A stretch of 64,000 nucleotides of DNA from Mycobacteriales bacterium. Lineage in GTDB: Bacteria; Actinomycetota; Actinomycetes; Mycobacteriales; SCTD01. The position numbers and the translations under genes are program-made. Position 1 is the first letter of the stretch; every line of letters begins with the position of its first letter. Positions 52,834 through 60,657 of the stretch are shown piece after piece. A model generated the notes under the pieces. The model ran no database searches and was not told the origin of the DNA. It saw nothing but the letters and a program-made list of their open reading frames with translations. The stretch is from assembly GCA_046595815.1 (NCBI GenBank), contig JBKJSN010000088.1:10264-74263 (forward strand), given 5' to 3'.

Positions 52834-54375
52834 TCACAAGCGACGCAGAAGCCTCAGCCACCTGGGCCGTACCGGGCTTACGTCGTCCGGCAGGGGCTCG
52901 GGACTCGGTTCTGGCGCGAGTTCGAGGCCCGCATGGAAGGCGAGCTCCCGCCGCTCGTTCCGGCTGAGCCCACTCGTAGCAAGCCGCGCGGTCATCCGGT
53001 TGCGCAGCGCGGGAGCTGGCTGCCCCCAGGTCGTCGCGGCGCCTGCATGGAGCCAGTTGCGTAGTGCCGCCCGACCGAGGCCCGACAGCTGCGCATCGTC
53101 ATCAGCGGCGGCGCGCAGGTCGGCGTCAACCCGGTCCCAACTTCCAGCAGAGCGGCTGAGCCGCCACCCCGCCCTCCGGCTCCACGGTTGCTCGGACGCC
53201 CACGCCGGTTCAGCATCCGTGCCCGATGCCCCCGCCCGGGCGAGGCCGCGAGCTGCGGCAGAGCAGACTCGGCTACTGGGATCGAGCAGCAGCGGCCGGA
53301 GCTGTTCCCGGACACGGGCAGGTGTGCCGAGGACGGCGACAGCGGCGACAGCGTTGGCGCGCACCGCCGGGCTCGCGTGCGGCAAGTAGGTGCCAGCGAG
53401 GTCGGCGTCGTCCTGGCCGGCGCCGACGACCGAGAGTCCGTCGAGCGCTGCGGCGACTCGCCGGGTGCCGCGTGCACCCTCGACGAGCCAGCCGCGGTAC
53501 ATCGACGCAGGGTTCACATCTCGTCGCCGAGTCCGCCACTGCGCCGTTTCGCGGACCCGAGCGGATGGGTCGTCGAGAAGACTCAGCAGCGTCGTGGTGT
53601 CCAGGGCGCCGTCGTCGAGGCATGTGAGGGCAAGAAGCCGTCCGTCGACGAAGCGTGAGCCAAGTAGCTCGAGCAACTGTGCGGGTGTTGCGGTCGCCTT
53701 CAACCACTGAGCGGCAAGGGCTCGCACGAACTGGTCCCTCTCGCCGCGGACCGCAGCCATGAGCTCGTCGGTACTGAGCAGGCCCCGGTCGTGTGCAGCC
53801 TCGAAAGCCCATCTGCGAACGCGCCGGTCGGCGCTTGCTTGCAACGTCGGGAGCAGGCTCTGCTCGTCATGGACGGCGAAGAGCGCATCGAGGTAGCTGG
53901 CGAGTGCCTGTGGGGCGTGCTGCCGCTGCCGCCCGGCCAGCAGCACGCCGAGTGCGGACGAGGCAGCCTCGGGCGCGGTCTGCAATCGCAGCCCAAGCAG
54001 CGCGTCTTCGCGTACTTGCGGGACGTGGTCAAGGCAGCGCAAAGCTAGGGCCGCTGCTCGCAGCACGCCGGGGCTGCCGGCGAGGACCTTGGTGGCGCGC
54101 TGCCGAATGCGTCCGTCCGCGTGCAGGCTCGTTACCGCGGCCACGAACCCGGTCTTCTCCGCGAGGTTCGACCCGAGCCAGCCTCTCGTGCCGCTGACGG
54201 GCGCACCGCCGCTCATGTATCCGTAACTGCGGGCGTGGTCGTCGAGCTGGAGCCAGTCCCTGCCGCCTAGGACGCGAAGCCATGTTGCGCCTTCGATGCA
54301 GGCGGTCGTGTCGTTACCTGTGACGGCGTCCGCGAACGCCTGTAACGCCTCGCGGGCCTGCGACGGTGTGAGCAC
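52834..54375 (-). CDS. HEAT/ARM-like repeat protein, function unknown
   Basis: 513 aa. Recurrent HEAT-type signatures (DGRIRQRATKVL, DRRVRRWAFEAA, DPSARVRETA, HASPAVRANAVAA, DPSSRVCSAAARGL). GTG start abutting a palindrome. Confidence 0.65.
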   Translation of the reverse strand: MLTPSQAREALQAFADAVTGNDTTACIEGATWLRVLGGRDWLQLDDHARSYGYMSGGAPVSGTRGWLGSNLAEKTGFVAAVTSLHADGRIRQRATKVLAGSPGVLRAAALALRCLDHVPQVREDALLGLRLQTAPEAASSALGVLLAGRQRQHAPQALASYLDALFAVHDEQSLLPTLQASADRRVRRWAFEAAHDRGLLSTDELMAAVRGERDQFVRALAAQWLKATATPAQLLELLGSRFVDGRLLALTCLDDGALDTTTLLSLLDDPSARVRETAQWRTRRRDVNPASMYRGWLVEGARGTRRVAAALDGLSVVGAGQDDADLAGTYLPHASPAVRANAVAAVAVLGTPARVREQLRPLLLDPSSRVCSAAARGLARAGASGTDAEPAWASEQPWSRRAGWRLSRSAGSWDRVDADLRAAADDDAQLSGLGRAALRNWLHAGAATTWGQPAPALRNRMTARLATSGLSRNERRELAFHAGLELAPEPSPEPLPDDVSPVRPRWLRLLRRL

Positions 54376-54408
54376 GTCCTAGATCGTGACGTAGTTCGGT
54401 CTAGGACG
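54375..54408. promoter_or_regulatory. 9-bp inverted repeat with 16-nt spacer at the HEAT-gene start (candidate operator)
   Basis: CGTCCTAGA (54375-54383) and TCTAGGACG (54400-54408), in the divergent region between the HEAT gene and the recombinase-like gene. Confidence 0.45.
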
Positions 54409-54547
54409 CGCGGAGGTTACTGGGCGAACGCAAGAACTTGAGCTCCGCTAGGTCGTGCGTGTTCCTTTCGCTTCCGGCCGTTCTCACAAACCTGGCTAAC
54501 CGTCGCCGATGTGAGGGAGTCCCTGGCCGCGACGCAGGACGCAGCGG

Positions 54548-56401
54548 TTGCAACCGCGGATCGAGACCGGACCTGTGTTCGTTGTGACCACAGAGGGTTC
54601 GACGGAGACGACGGTGCAGCGGCTTGCCCGCTACACCCCGTATCTGCTGACCGCGGCGCAGTGGGCGCTCGCACAGGCTCCGGTGACGAACGCCGTCCTC
54701 GCTGCTGCTCCTGCCGATGCTGCTGACGCGATGGGGTTGGCCTCTCGGCTGTGCCGGCTACTTGTCGAACACCCTGGCTGGGACGGCCTGAGCGTTCCGG
54801 ACCTGGCCTTGTTGGTGACCGACCCGGGGATCAGCGCGCACATAGCGCGACTGGCGGCTTCCGGGACTTCCAGCCAGGGTCAGGGCAAGCATCTGTGCGA
54901 TCTTCGCCGGCTCAAGCACGCTCTCGCCGGGACCGTTGCCCCTGTGCGGGCACCCGTTCGCAAGCCAGTGGCTCCGTCGGCCGCCACCCGGCCACTGATG
55001 TCCTGGCTGGCAGCGGGCGAGCCGCTGCTCACGGCGGTGGCCGCGTATGAGAAGTCAACCGGCCGCAGCCTGAGCAAGAAGGTGATGAACCGGGCTGCTG
55101 AGGGAGCGCCGGCGTCGAGTGCGGCGGCGCCAGATCCGGGCACCGTGCTCTCGCTGAGCTCCGTCGGGGCTCCTGCGTGGGAAGTGGTGAGTCCACGAAC
55201 ATGGGCACGGTCATCCTCTGAGAGCACCTCCGGACCACTCAGGTCCGCCGCCCGGGCAGCGAGCGCGACGTCGAGCGCGACCTCGCGCACCTCGGGACCT
55301 GCTACTTCGGTGAAGCCGTCACGAGCTGCGGCGCTGCGTGCGGCGAAGGCAGCTGCCAGCGCGCGTTCAGCCCCGACTGTGACTGCCCTGCCCGACGTGA
55401 GCCTGCTGCCTGCAAAGGTGCAAGAAGCGATCGCCGAGTACCGCCCAGCAGCTCTCAGCGCCGAGCGCTGGGAGATCCTTGGGCCCCTGTGCCGCCGCCT
55501 CATCGCCAGCTACGCACCAGTCACTGCCGGGGTTGCCCGTTCGAGCGCGACCTCTATTGCCGCGTTCGTCGCGTGGATCCAGACGCGGCCGGGGCGGGCC
55601 GACGTTGGTGGCTCCGTTGCGGTTGAGGAGCTTCAGACCGCGGGCCTTCTCGATGTGTACCTGACGGAGTTGGCTGCTAGCGGGACGCCAGATCCGTCGC
55701 TGGCGACGTACCGGTCTGTGCTTCGGCGAACACTGAAGGCGCTGGACCCCAGCCCTCCCGCGGCGATCGCCTACCAGCCGATCGCTGGGCCGTACAGCGC
55801 CGCAGAGTGCGCCGCGTACGTGCGGCTGGCCCGCAACCAGCCCACCTCCCCTCGCCGTCGGGAACTCTCGACGATCGTCGGGCTCGGTCTCGGTGCCGGG
55901 CTGGACGGCAAAGACCTCCGCGCGGTGTGCCCGACCGATTTCAGTGACGCGACGCTCCCTGACGGAACGCTCGTGCTCCTTGTGCAGGTCCGCGGCGGCC
56001 GCCCCCGGACGGTGCCCGTCCGCGCGCTTTACGCCGATCTGGTCCGGGAAGCGCTGGCCCTGCACGCCAGCGATCGTCGGGGTTCCAACACGCCGCTGTT
56101 GGGCGTGAAGCCGACGCGGAAGAGCATCACGAGCCCAGCTATCCGCGACGCCGTCACCGCTACCGATGACAGCGTTGACATCGCGGTGAACCGGCTCCGC
56201 GCGACGTGGCTGGTGGCGTGTCTGGCCGCAGGCATCCCCCTCGGGCCGCTGCTGCACGCTGCTGGGCTGCGCTCAGCCAGGACCCTTACGGACCTGCTCG
56301 CGTACTGCCCCGCGCCGAACCCAGGCGACGTCAACCGACTCCTCGCGACCCTTCCCGCCGGTCCTTCTGGAACGCCTCCTGCGCCGGCAGGTGCGACATG
56401 A
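54548..56401 (+). CDS. tyrosine-recombinase-like protein with long N-terminal extension; catalytic residues appear partly substituted
   Basis: The C-terminal half has a core-binding-like segment (SIAAFVAWIQ ... ATYRSVLRRTLKAL) and an integrase-fold-like segment (GLGAGLDGKDLRAV, RGGRPRTVPV, NRLRATWLVACLAAGIPL, AGLRSARTLTDLLAY). TTG start is uncertain. The middle is low-complexity Ser/Ala/Arg. Confidence 0.55.
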   Translation: MQPRIETGPVFVVTTEGSTETTVQRLARYTPYLLTAAQWALAQAPVTNAVLAAAPADAADAMGLASRLCRLLVEHPGWDGLSVPDLALLVTDPGISAHIARLAASGTSSQGQGKHLCDLRRLKHALAGTVAPVRAPVRKPVAPSAATRPLMSWLAAGEPLLTAVAAYEKSTGRSLSKKVMNRAAEGAPASSAAAPDPGTVLSLSSVGAPAWEVVSPRTWARSSSESTSGPLRSAARAASATSSATSRTSGPATSVKPSRAAALRAAKAAASARSAPTVTALPDVSLLPAKVQEAIAEYRPAALSAERWEILGPLCRRLIASYAPVTAGVARSSATSIAAFVAWIQTRPGRADVGGSVAVEELQTAGLLDVYLTELAASGTPDPSLATYRSVLRRTLKALDPSPPAAIAYQPIAGPYSAAECAAYVRLARNQPTSPRRRELSTIVGLGLGAGLDGKDLRAVCPTDFSDATLPDGTLVLLVQVRGGRPRTVPVRALYADLVREALALHASDRRGSNTPLLGVKPTRKSITSPAIRDAVTATDDSVDIAVNRLRATWLVACLAAGIPLGPLLHAAGLRSARTLTDLLAYCPAPNPGDVNRLLATLPAGPSGTPPAPAGAT

Positions 56402-58104
56402 TTCCTCGGACCGAGCTCGACCGTGCGGTCGCGCTCGTGCGGCGCTCCGGCGTGCATAAGGACCTCGAAGCAAGGCTGCGTCCAGACGGCGCGGGCGGGC
56501 GGCCCCGGCAACTGCCCGTTGACGTGTTTCTCGCCGGCGTGATCTTGGCCGCGGGCAGCCGCAAGAACCTGGCCTTGACGAACGTGCATGCGCTCCTGAC
56601 CGGCGACATCGCCCGGTCGGCCCAGATCCAGTACGGGATCCGTTGGACGGACAAGGCCGGCGCCAGCCGCTGCCTGACGCTCCGGCAGGTCCGGTACTTG
56701 CTGGAAGCTCTCGAAGGAAAACTTGCCGCGACCCCAGGGCGGGCACCTGACCTGGACGACGTTGAGCGCGCCGAGCGCACCGACGCGCTCCAGTCCGTGC
56801 TGGACAAGCTCCTCGCCGCGACCATGCCGGTCCACCTACCGCCCGCAGACCGCTTCGCGCTCGACGCGACCTCGATGGAGTCCTGGGGCAAAGGCAAGCG
56901 CCGCACGGCCGTCGCGGTGCCCCAGGTGGAGCCGGAGGGCACTGGCGCGCACCCGCCGGCGGGGGTCGCTGAAGGTGACCTGCTGGCCATTGCACTCGAG
57001 GCTGGTGCCTCGTTCGACCCTGATGCTGACTGGGGCTACCGGACCCGCACGTACGACAACAAGACCAAGATGTGCTTTGGGTACGACGTGTTCGCGATCA
57101 CTGCGATGCCCAAGCCTGGTGGCACCGGAGTGCTCGACCGGCCGGTTCTGACCGAACGGCTCGTGGTCGCGCCGGCGAGTGCCGATGTCGTCGCTCCCGC
57201 GCTCGGGATGTTCGACCGGCTCACCGACGACGGCCGGACGGTCGTGGAGGTCGCCGCCGACCGCGCCTGGTCCTACAAGCTTCCCGATCGGTGGGCGGAT
57301 GAGCTTCGCGCACGGGAGATAGAAGCCGTGCTGGACCTGCACCCTAACGATCAGGGCGTCCGGGACTTCGAGGGAATCCGGATGGTCGCCGGGACGCCGC
57401 ACTGCCCTTCGATGCCCGATGAGCTGATCAACATCGTCCGGCCCGCGAACCTCTCCGCTGGCCGCGACCGGCCCCGTGCCAGTGCTGTACAGAAGGCCGA
57501 GCGAGCAAAGCGCAACTCGGAGCTCGAGGAGTTCGCGGCCAAGATCGCCGAGCGTGAAGCGTGGGCTTTCCGCCGGGTCGCCGGACCCGACGAGACCGGC
57601 AAGGAGCGCTGGGAGTGCCCCGCGCAGGCCGGCAAGCGCAGCTGCGGCAACTGCCCGTTCAGCAAGGACTTTCCGGTCGGCACCCCGACGGTCGAGAACC
57701 CGCCTGAGCTCACGACCGCGCCCAAGTGCTGCACCCAACGGACCGTGACGATCCCCGGGTCGGTCACGCCCAAGATCCGTCAGCGCCTGTACTGGGGCAG
57801 CCCCGAGTGGATCGCGTCGTTCAACCGACGGACCTACATCGAGGGCGTGTTCGGCAACATGAAGTCCCCCAAGACCGAGAACGTCCGCCGCGGCTGGACG
57901 TTCGTCGTCGGGATCGTCAAGACCAGCCTCATGGTCGGGTGTGTTGCTGCTGCCGCGAACCTTCGCACGCTCCGGGCATGGGCGGCACGAACCGGAGACC
58001 ACAGGGACCCCCTCACCGTCATCGACCCCGTCAGCGCCGGGTTCGAGGAGCTCGAACCCGACTGCGGCGCCACCGGTATCCACGGGCCACCGCTCGCCGC
58101 CTGA
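56398..58104 (+). CDS. DDE transposase-like protein (IS4/IS5-superfamily type, YREK-like signature) with Cys-rich insertion
   Basis: ATG 56398 overlaps the upstream stop (ATGA). DUF772/InsH-N-like N-terminus (GRPRQLPVDVFLAGVILAAGS). Candidate D (FALDATSMESW), D (EVAADRAWSY), E in F-x2-R-x3-E-x6-K (FNRRTYIEGVFGNMK). Cys cluster WECPAQAGKRSCGNCPFS. Confidence 0.65.
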   Translation: MIPRTELDRAVALVRRSGVHKDLEARLRPDGAGGRPRQLPVDVFLAGVILAAGSRKNLALTNVHALLTGDIARSAQIQYGIRWTDKAGASRCLTLRQVRYLLEALEGKLAATPGRAPDLDDVERAERTDALQSVLDKLLAATMPVHLPPADRFALDATSMESWGKGKRRTAVAVPQVEPEGTGAHPPAGVAEGDLLAIALEAGASFDPDADWGYRTRTYDNKTKMCFGYDVFAITAMPKPGGTGVLDRPVLTERLVVAPASADVVAPALGMFDRLTDDGRTVVEVAADRAWSYKLPDRWADELRAREIEAVLDLHPNDQGVRDFEGIRMVAGTPHCPSMPDELINIVRPANLSAGRDRPRASAVQKAERAKRNSELEEFAAKIAEREAWAFRRVAGPDETGKERWECPAQAGKRSCGNCPFSKDFPVGTPTVENPPELTTAPKCCTQRTVTIPGSVTPKIRQRLYWGSPEWIASFNRRTYIEGVFGNMKSPKTENVRRGWTFVVGIVKTSLMVGCVAAAANLRTLRAWAARTGDHRDPLTVIDPVSAGFEELEPDCGATGIHGPPLAA

Positions 58105-58351
58105 CGTTCGTACAGCGAAACACCAGCTCCACCCCGTACCCGCTCGGCCCCTGGCCGGACGGGCTACAGCCATGCCCGCAGTACGCCTCGCGTGGGAGCG
58201 ATGAGCAGCTACGGCCGGTCGCCGTGCCCGGAGAGCTCCCCGGAAGCGACGCGACGACGCTCCGAAACGGCAACTCCCCGTGTTCTCGCCACCTGGGCAA
58301 GATCACGGGGAGTTTCGTAAGTCGGAACCCCTGAGTTTCGTCAGGACCCCT

Positions 58352-58441
58352 TGGCGGTGGCGGTGGGATTTGAACCCACGGAGGAGTTGCCCCCTCACAC
58401 GCTTTCGAGGCGTGCTCCTTCGGCCGCTCGGACACGCCACC
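58352..58441 (-). tRNA. tRNA-Ser (anticodon CGA), CCA encoded
   Basis: The minus strand reads GGTGGCGTGTCCGAGCGGCCGAAGGAGCACGCCTCGAAAGCGTGTGAGGGGGCAACTCCTCCGTGGGTTCAAATCCCACCGCCACCGCCA. Anticodon loop CTCGAAA, long variable arm, T loop TTCAAAT. Confidence 0.9.
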
Positions 58442-58555
58442 GGCGGAGACTCTAGCGGAATCTGGCCGTGTGACCCTCGTCATAGTTGCGCCGGAAACAA
58501 TTGAGCGTGCAACTTCATTGGGAACAGTGAGCCCATCCCGTCGCAAGGAGCCACC

Positions 58556-59158
58556 ATGACGCACGCTGCTGACCTCACCCTGGCGAAGGACGCACAGGAC
58601 CTGCTGTTCCGCGCCGCCCGCACCGCGAACCGCTTCACCCCGGACCCGGTGACCGACGAGCAGATCCAGGCCGTCTACGACCTCGTGCAGTACGGCCCGA
58701 CGTCGATGAACTCCCAGCCTCTGCGGGTGGTGCTGATCCGCTCCGAGTCGGCCAAGGCACGGCTTCTTCCGCACCTGGGCGAGGGCAACCGGGCGAAGAC
58801 CGCTGAGGCGCCGCTCGTCGCCGTACTCGCCTTTGCTGCTGACTTCCACGACCACCTGCCGACCGTCTTCCCGCACTTCCCGGGGGCCCGCGACATGTTC
58901 GCCGACGAGTCGCTGCGACACCGCGTGGCACGCGACAACGCGCACCTGCAGGCCGGGTACTTCCTGCTCGGGGTGCGGGCTGCGGGCCTGGCCGCCGGTC
59001 CGATGGGCGGCTACGACAGTGCCGGCCTGGACGCCGAGTTGTTCCCGGCCGGCGACCTGCGCTCGATCATGGTGGTCAACATCGGCCTTCCCGCGGTTGA
59101 CGCGTGGGCCGAGCGGCTCCCGCGCCTTGCCTACGACGAGGTCGTCACTGTCCTGTGA
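58556..59158 (+). CDS. nitroreductase-family protein (malonic semialdehyde reductase RutE-like)
   Basis: 200 aa. AAGGAG RBS. Sequence pattern (RTANRFTPDPVTDEQI ... GPTSMNSQP ... GPMGG) typical of RutE-like nitroreductases. Confidence 0.8.
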   Translation: MTHAADLTLAKDAQDLLFRAARTANRFTPDPVTDEQIQAVYDLVQYGPTSMNSQPLRVVLIRSESAKARLLPHLGEGNRAKTAEAPLVAVLAFAADFHDHLPTVFPHFPGARDMFADESLRHRVARDNAHLQAGYFLLGVRAAGLAAGPMGGYDSAGLDAELFPAGDLRSIMVVNIGLPAVDAWAERLPRLAYDEVVTVL

Positions 59159-59164
59159 CGCCGG

Positions 59165-59596
59165 TCAGCGGTGGGGTGTGAAGAACTCCCGCAGGATCGT
59201 GCCGCACTCCTCGGCGAGCACGCCGGCGACCACCTCGGGCCGATGGTTGAGCCGACGGTCCCGGACCACGTCCCACAGCGACCCCACCGCGCCGGCCTTC
59301 GGGTCGACGGCTCCGTAGACCACCCGAGCCAACCGGGCGAGTACGGCGGCACCCGCGCACATCGTGCAGGGCTCCAGAGTCACCACCAAGGTGCAGCCCT
59401 CGAGGCGCCAGGAGCCGAGGCGTTCGGCGGCCCGGCGGAGCGCGAGCACCTCGGCGTGCGCCGTCGGGTCCCCGGTCAGCTCACGCTCGTTGTGGGCCGC
59501 GGCCAGCAGCCCCCCGTCCGGCCCGAGGACCACAGCGCCGATGGGCACGTCCCCGTGGCGACTTGCGCTCGCTGCCTCGGCCAGGGCGAGCCGCAT
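59165..59596 (-). CDS. tadA: tRNA adenosine(34) deaminase
   Basis: CDA motifs HAEVLALR and TLEPCTMCAGA. Start ATG 59596 is chosen because the track ORF upstream overlaps the preceding gene; the exact start is uncertain. Confidence 0.85.
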   Translation of the reverse strand: MRLALAEAASASRHGDVPIGAVVLGPDGGLLAAAHNERELTGDPTAHAEVLALRRAAERLGSWRLEGCTLVVTLEPCTMCAGAAVLARLARVVYGAVDPKAGAVGSLWDVVRDRRLNHRPEVVAGVLAEECGTILREFFTPHR

Positions 59597-59613
59597 GAGG
59601 TCGTCGTACAGGG

Positions 59614-60093
59614 CTAGACCTCGCGCAGGGCGTCGAGGGCCTCGAGGAACCCGGCCTTCTCGCCCAGCGCCGTGATGACGTCGGCCGGCAGCATGCCCTC
59701 GTGAGCGCACAGGGCGAGCAGCTTCTCGCCTGGAGTTCCGAGGTCCGCAAGCAGGTCGGGATCGCCGACCGGCTCGGCGACCGCGCGGGTGCCTTCCTCG
59801 TCGTCAGGATCGACGACGGGCTCCGGGTCGTGCTCCCAGATGAGGGCTGCGAGCTCGCTCACCTCCACAGCGCGACGGTCGGAGAGGAAGACGCGCGGGT
59901 CCTGGTCCCCGTCCACGCGGACGACGCCGAGCCACTCGTCGTCCTGCTCGAGGAACAGCAGCGCCGGCCCCTCGGCGTCCAGGTCGCGCATCATCTCGAC
60001 GATGTCCTCGAGGTCCTCGAGCTCGTCGAGGTCCAGGTCACGTGCGGTCCATCCATCCGGCGAGCGGACCACGGCAGCGGCGAAGTACCCCAC
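59614..60093 (-). CDS. tRNA adenosine deaminase-associated protein (paralog 1)
   Basis: 159-aa acidic protein (AAAVVRSPDGWTARDLDLDELEDLEDI...) immediately upstream of tadA. Matches the remembered actinobacterial family. Confidence 0.7.
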   Translation of the reverse strand: MGYFAAAVVRSPDGWTARDLDLDELEDLEDIVEMMRDLDAEGPALLFLEQDDEWLGVVRVDGDQDPRVFLSDRRAVEVSELAALIWEHDPEPVVDPDDEEGTRAVAEPVGDPDLLADLGTPGEKLLALCAHEGMLPADVITALGEKAGFLEALDALREV

Positions 60094-60096
60094 GAC

Positions 60097-60624
60097 TCAG
60101 ACCAGGGCCTCGACGACCTGCTCGTACGCGTCGGCAAATCCCAGCCGGCGGGCAAGAGAGGAGAGCATTTCGTCAGCGTAGGCGGACTCGTCGCCGAGGA
60201 TGGCGCTGAGCTCCATCGCGTCCAGACCGAGGTCCTCGAAGACCGCGAGCTCACCCACCGGCCACAACTCCATCGAGTCCTCGTCGTCCGGCGGGTCGAG
60301 GTCCAACCGGTCCATGACCTGCATCGCCAGGTCCCAGTCGAGCGCGGCACCGGCGTCGCTGAGCAAGAACCGCTCCTCGCCGCCTACGAAGCGCACCACC
60401 ACGAAGAACTCATCCTCGACGTCGACCAGCGCAAAGGCACCTGCACTTTGATTTCGTACGGCGGAGACGACCGCCTCCAGATCCTCCGAGATGCCAGGTG
60501 GCAGCTGCGAGACCTGCCAGCCGCCTTCCCCACGGAAGACGACCACTGCCCACGCCCCGAACGACTCGACCACGTGCCGGACTCTGACAGAGGGCGGCCC
60601 CTGTTGGGAAGGGGCCGAAGGCAT
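60097..60624 (-). CDS. tRNA adenosine deaminase-associated protein (paralog 2)
   Basis: 175 aa with the same architecture (WAVVVFRGEGGWQVSQL ... DLEAVVSAV ... FALVDVEDEFFVVVR). Confidence 0.65.
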   Translation of the reverse strand: MPSAPSQQGPPSVRVRHVVESFGAWAVVVFRGEGGWQVSQLPPGISEDLEAVVSAVRNQSAGAFALVDVEDEFFVVVRFVGGEERFLLSDAGAALDWDLAMQVMDRLDLDPPDDEDSMELWPVGELAVFEDLGLDAMELSAILGDESAYADEMLSSLARRLGFADAYEQVVEALV

Positions 60625-60657
60625 CAGTACCGCGCCGGCGCCTGGCCGCGGTGACTG

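Larger units (their letters stand above)
47717..58351. mobile_element. composite genomic island between tRNA-Ser(GGA) and tRNA-Ser(CGA)
   Basis: Flanked by two tRNA genes. Contains a tRNA-fragment repeat, an IS remnant, recombinase-like and transposase-like genes. The 50.2-52.8 kb segment counts by hand at about 52-63% GC in sampled 60-nt lines, versus about 70% in flanking genes. Confidence 0.7.

Noticed and set aside
54880-55503. 207-aa minus-strand ORF inside the recombinase-like gene, whose central part looks more protein-like than the Ser/Ala/Arg-rich plus frame
   Set aside because: Its N- and C-terminal thirds are compositionally implausible. It shares third-codon positions with the plus frame, so GC3 cannot discriminate. 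It was kept as a caveat on the 617-aa call rather than as a gene. A frameshift or two-gene structure in 55150-55400 cannot be excluded.
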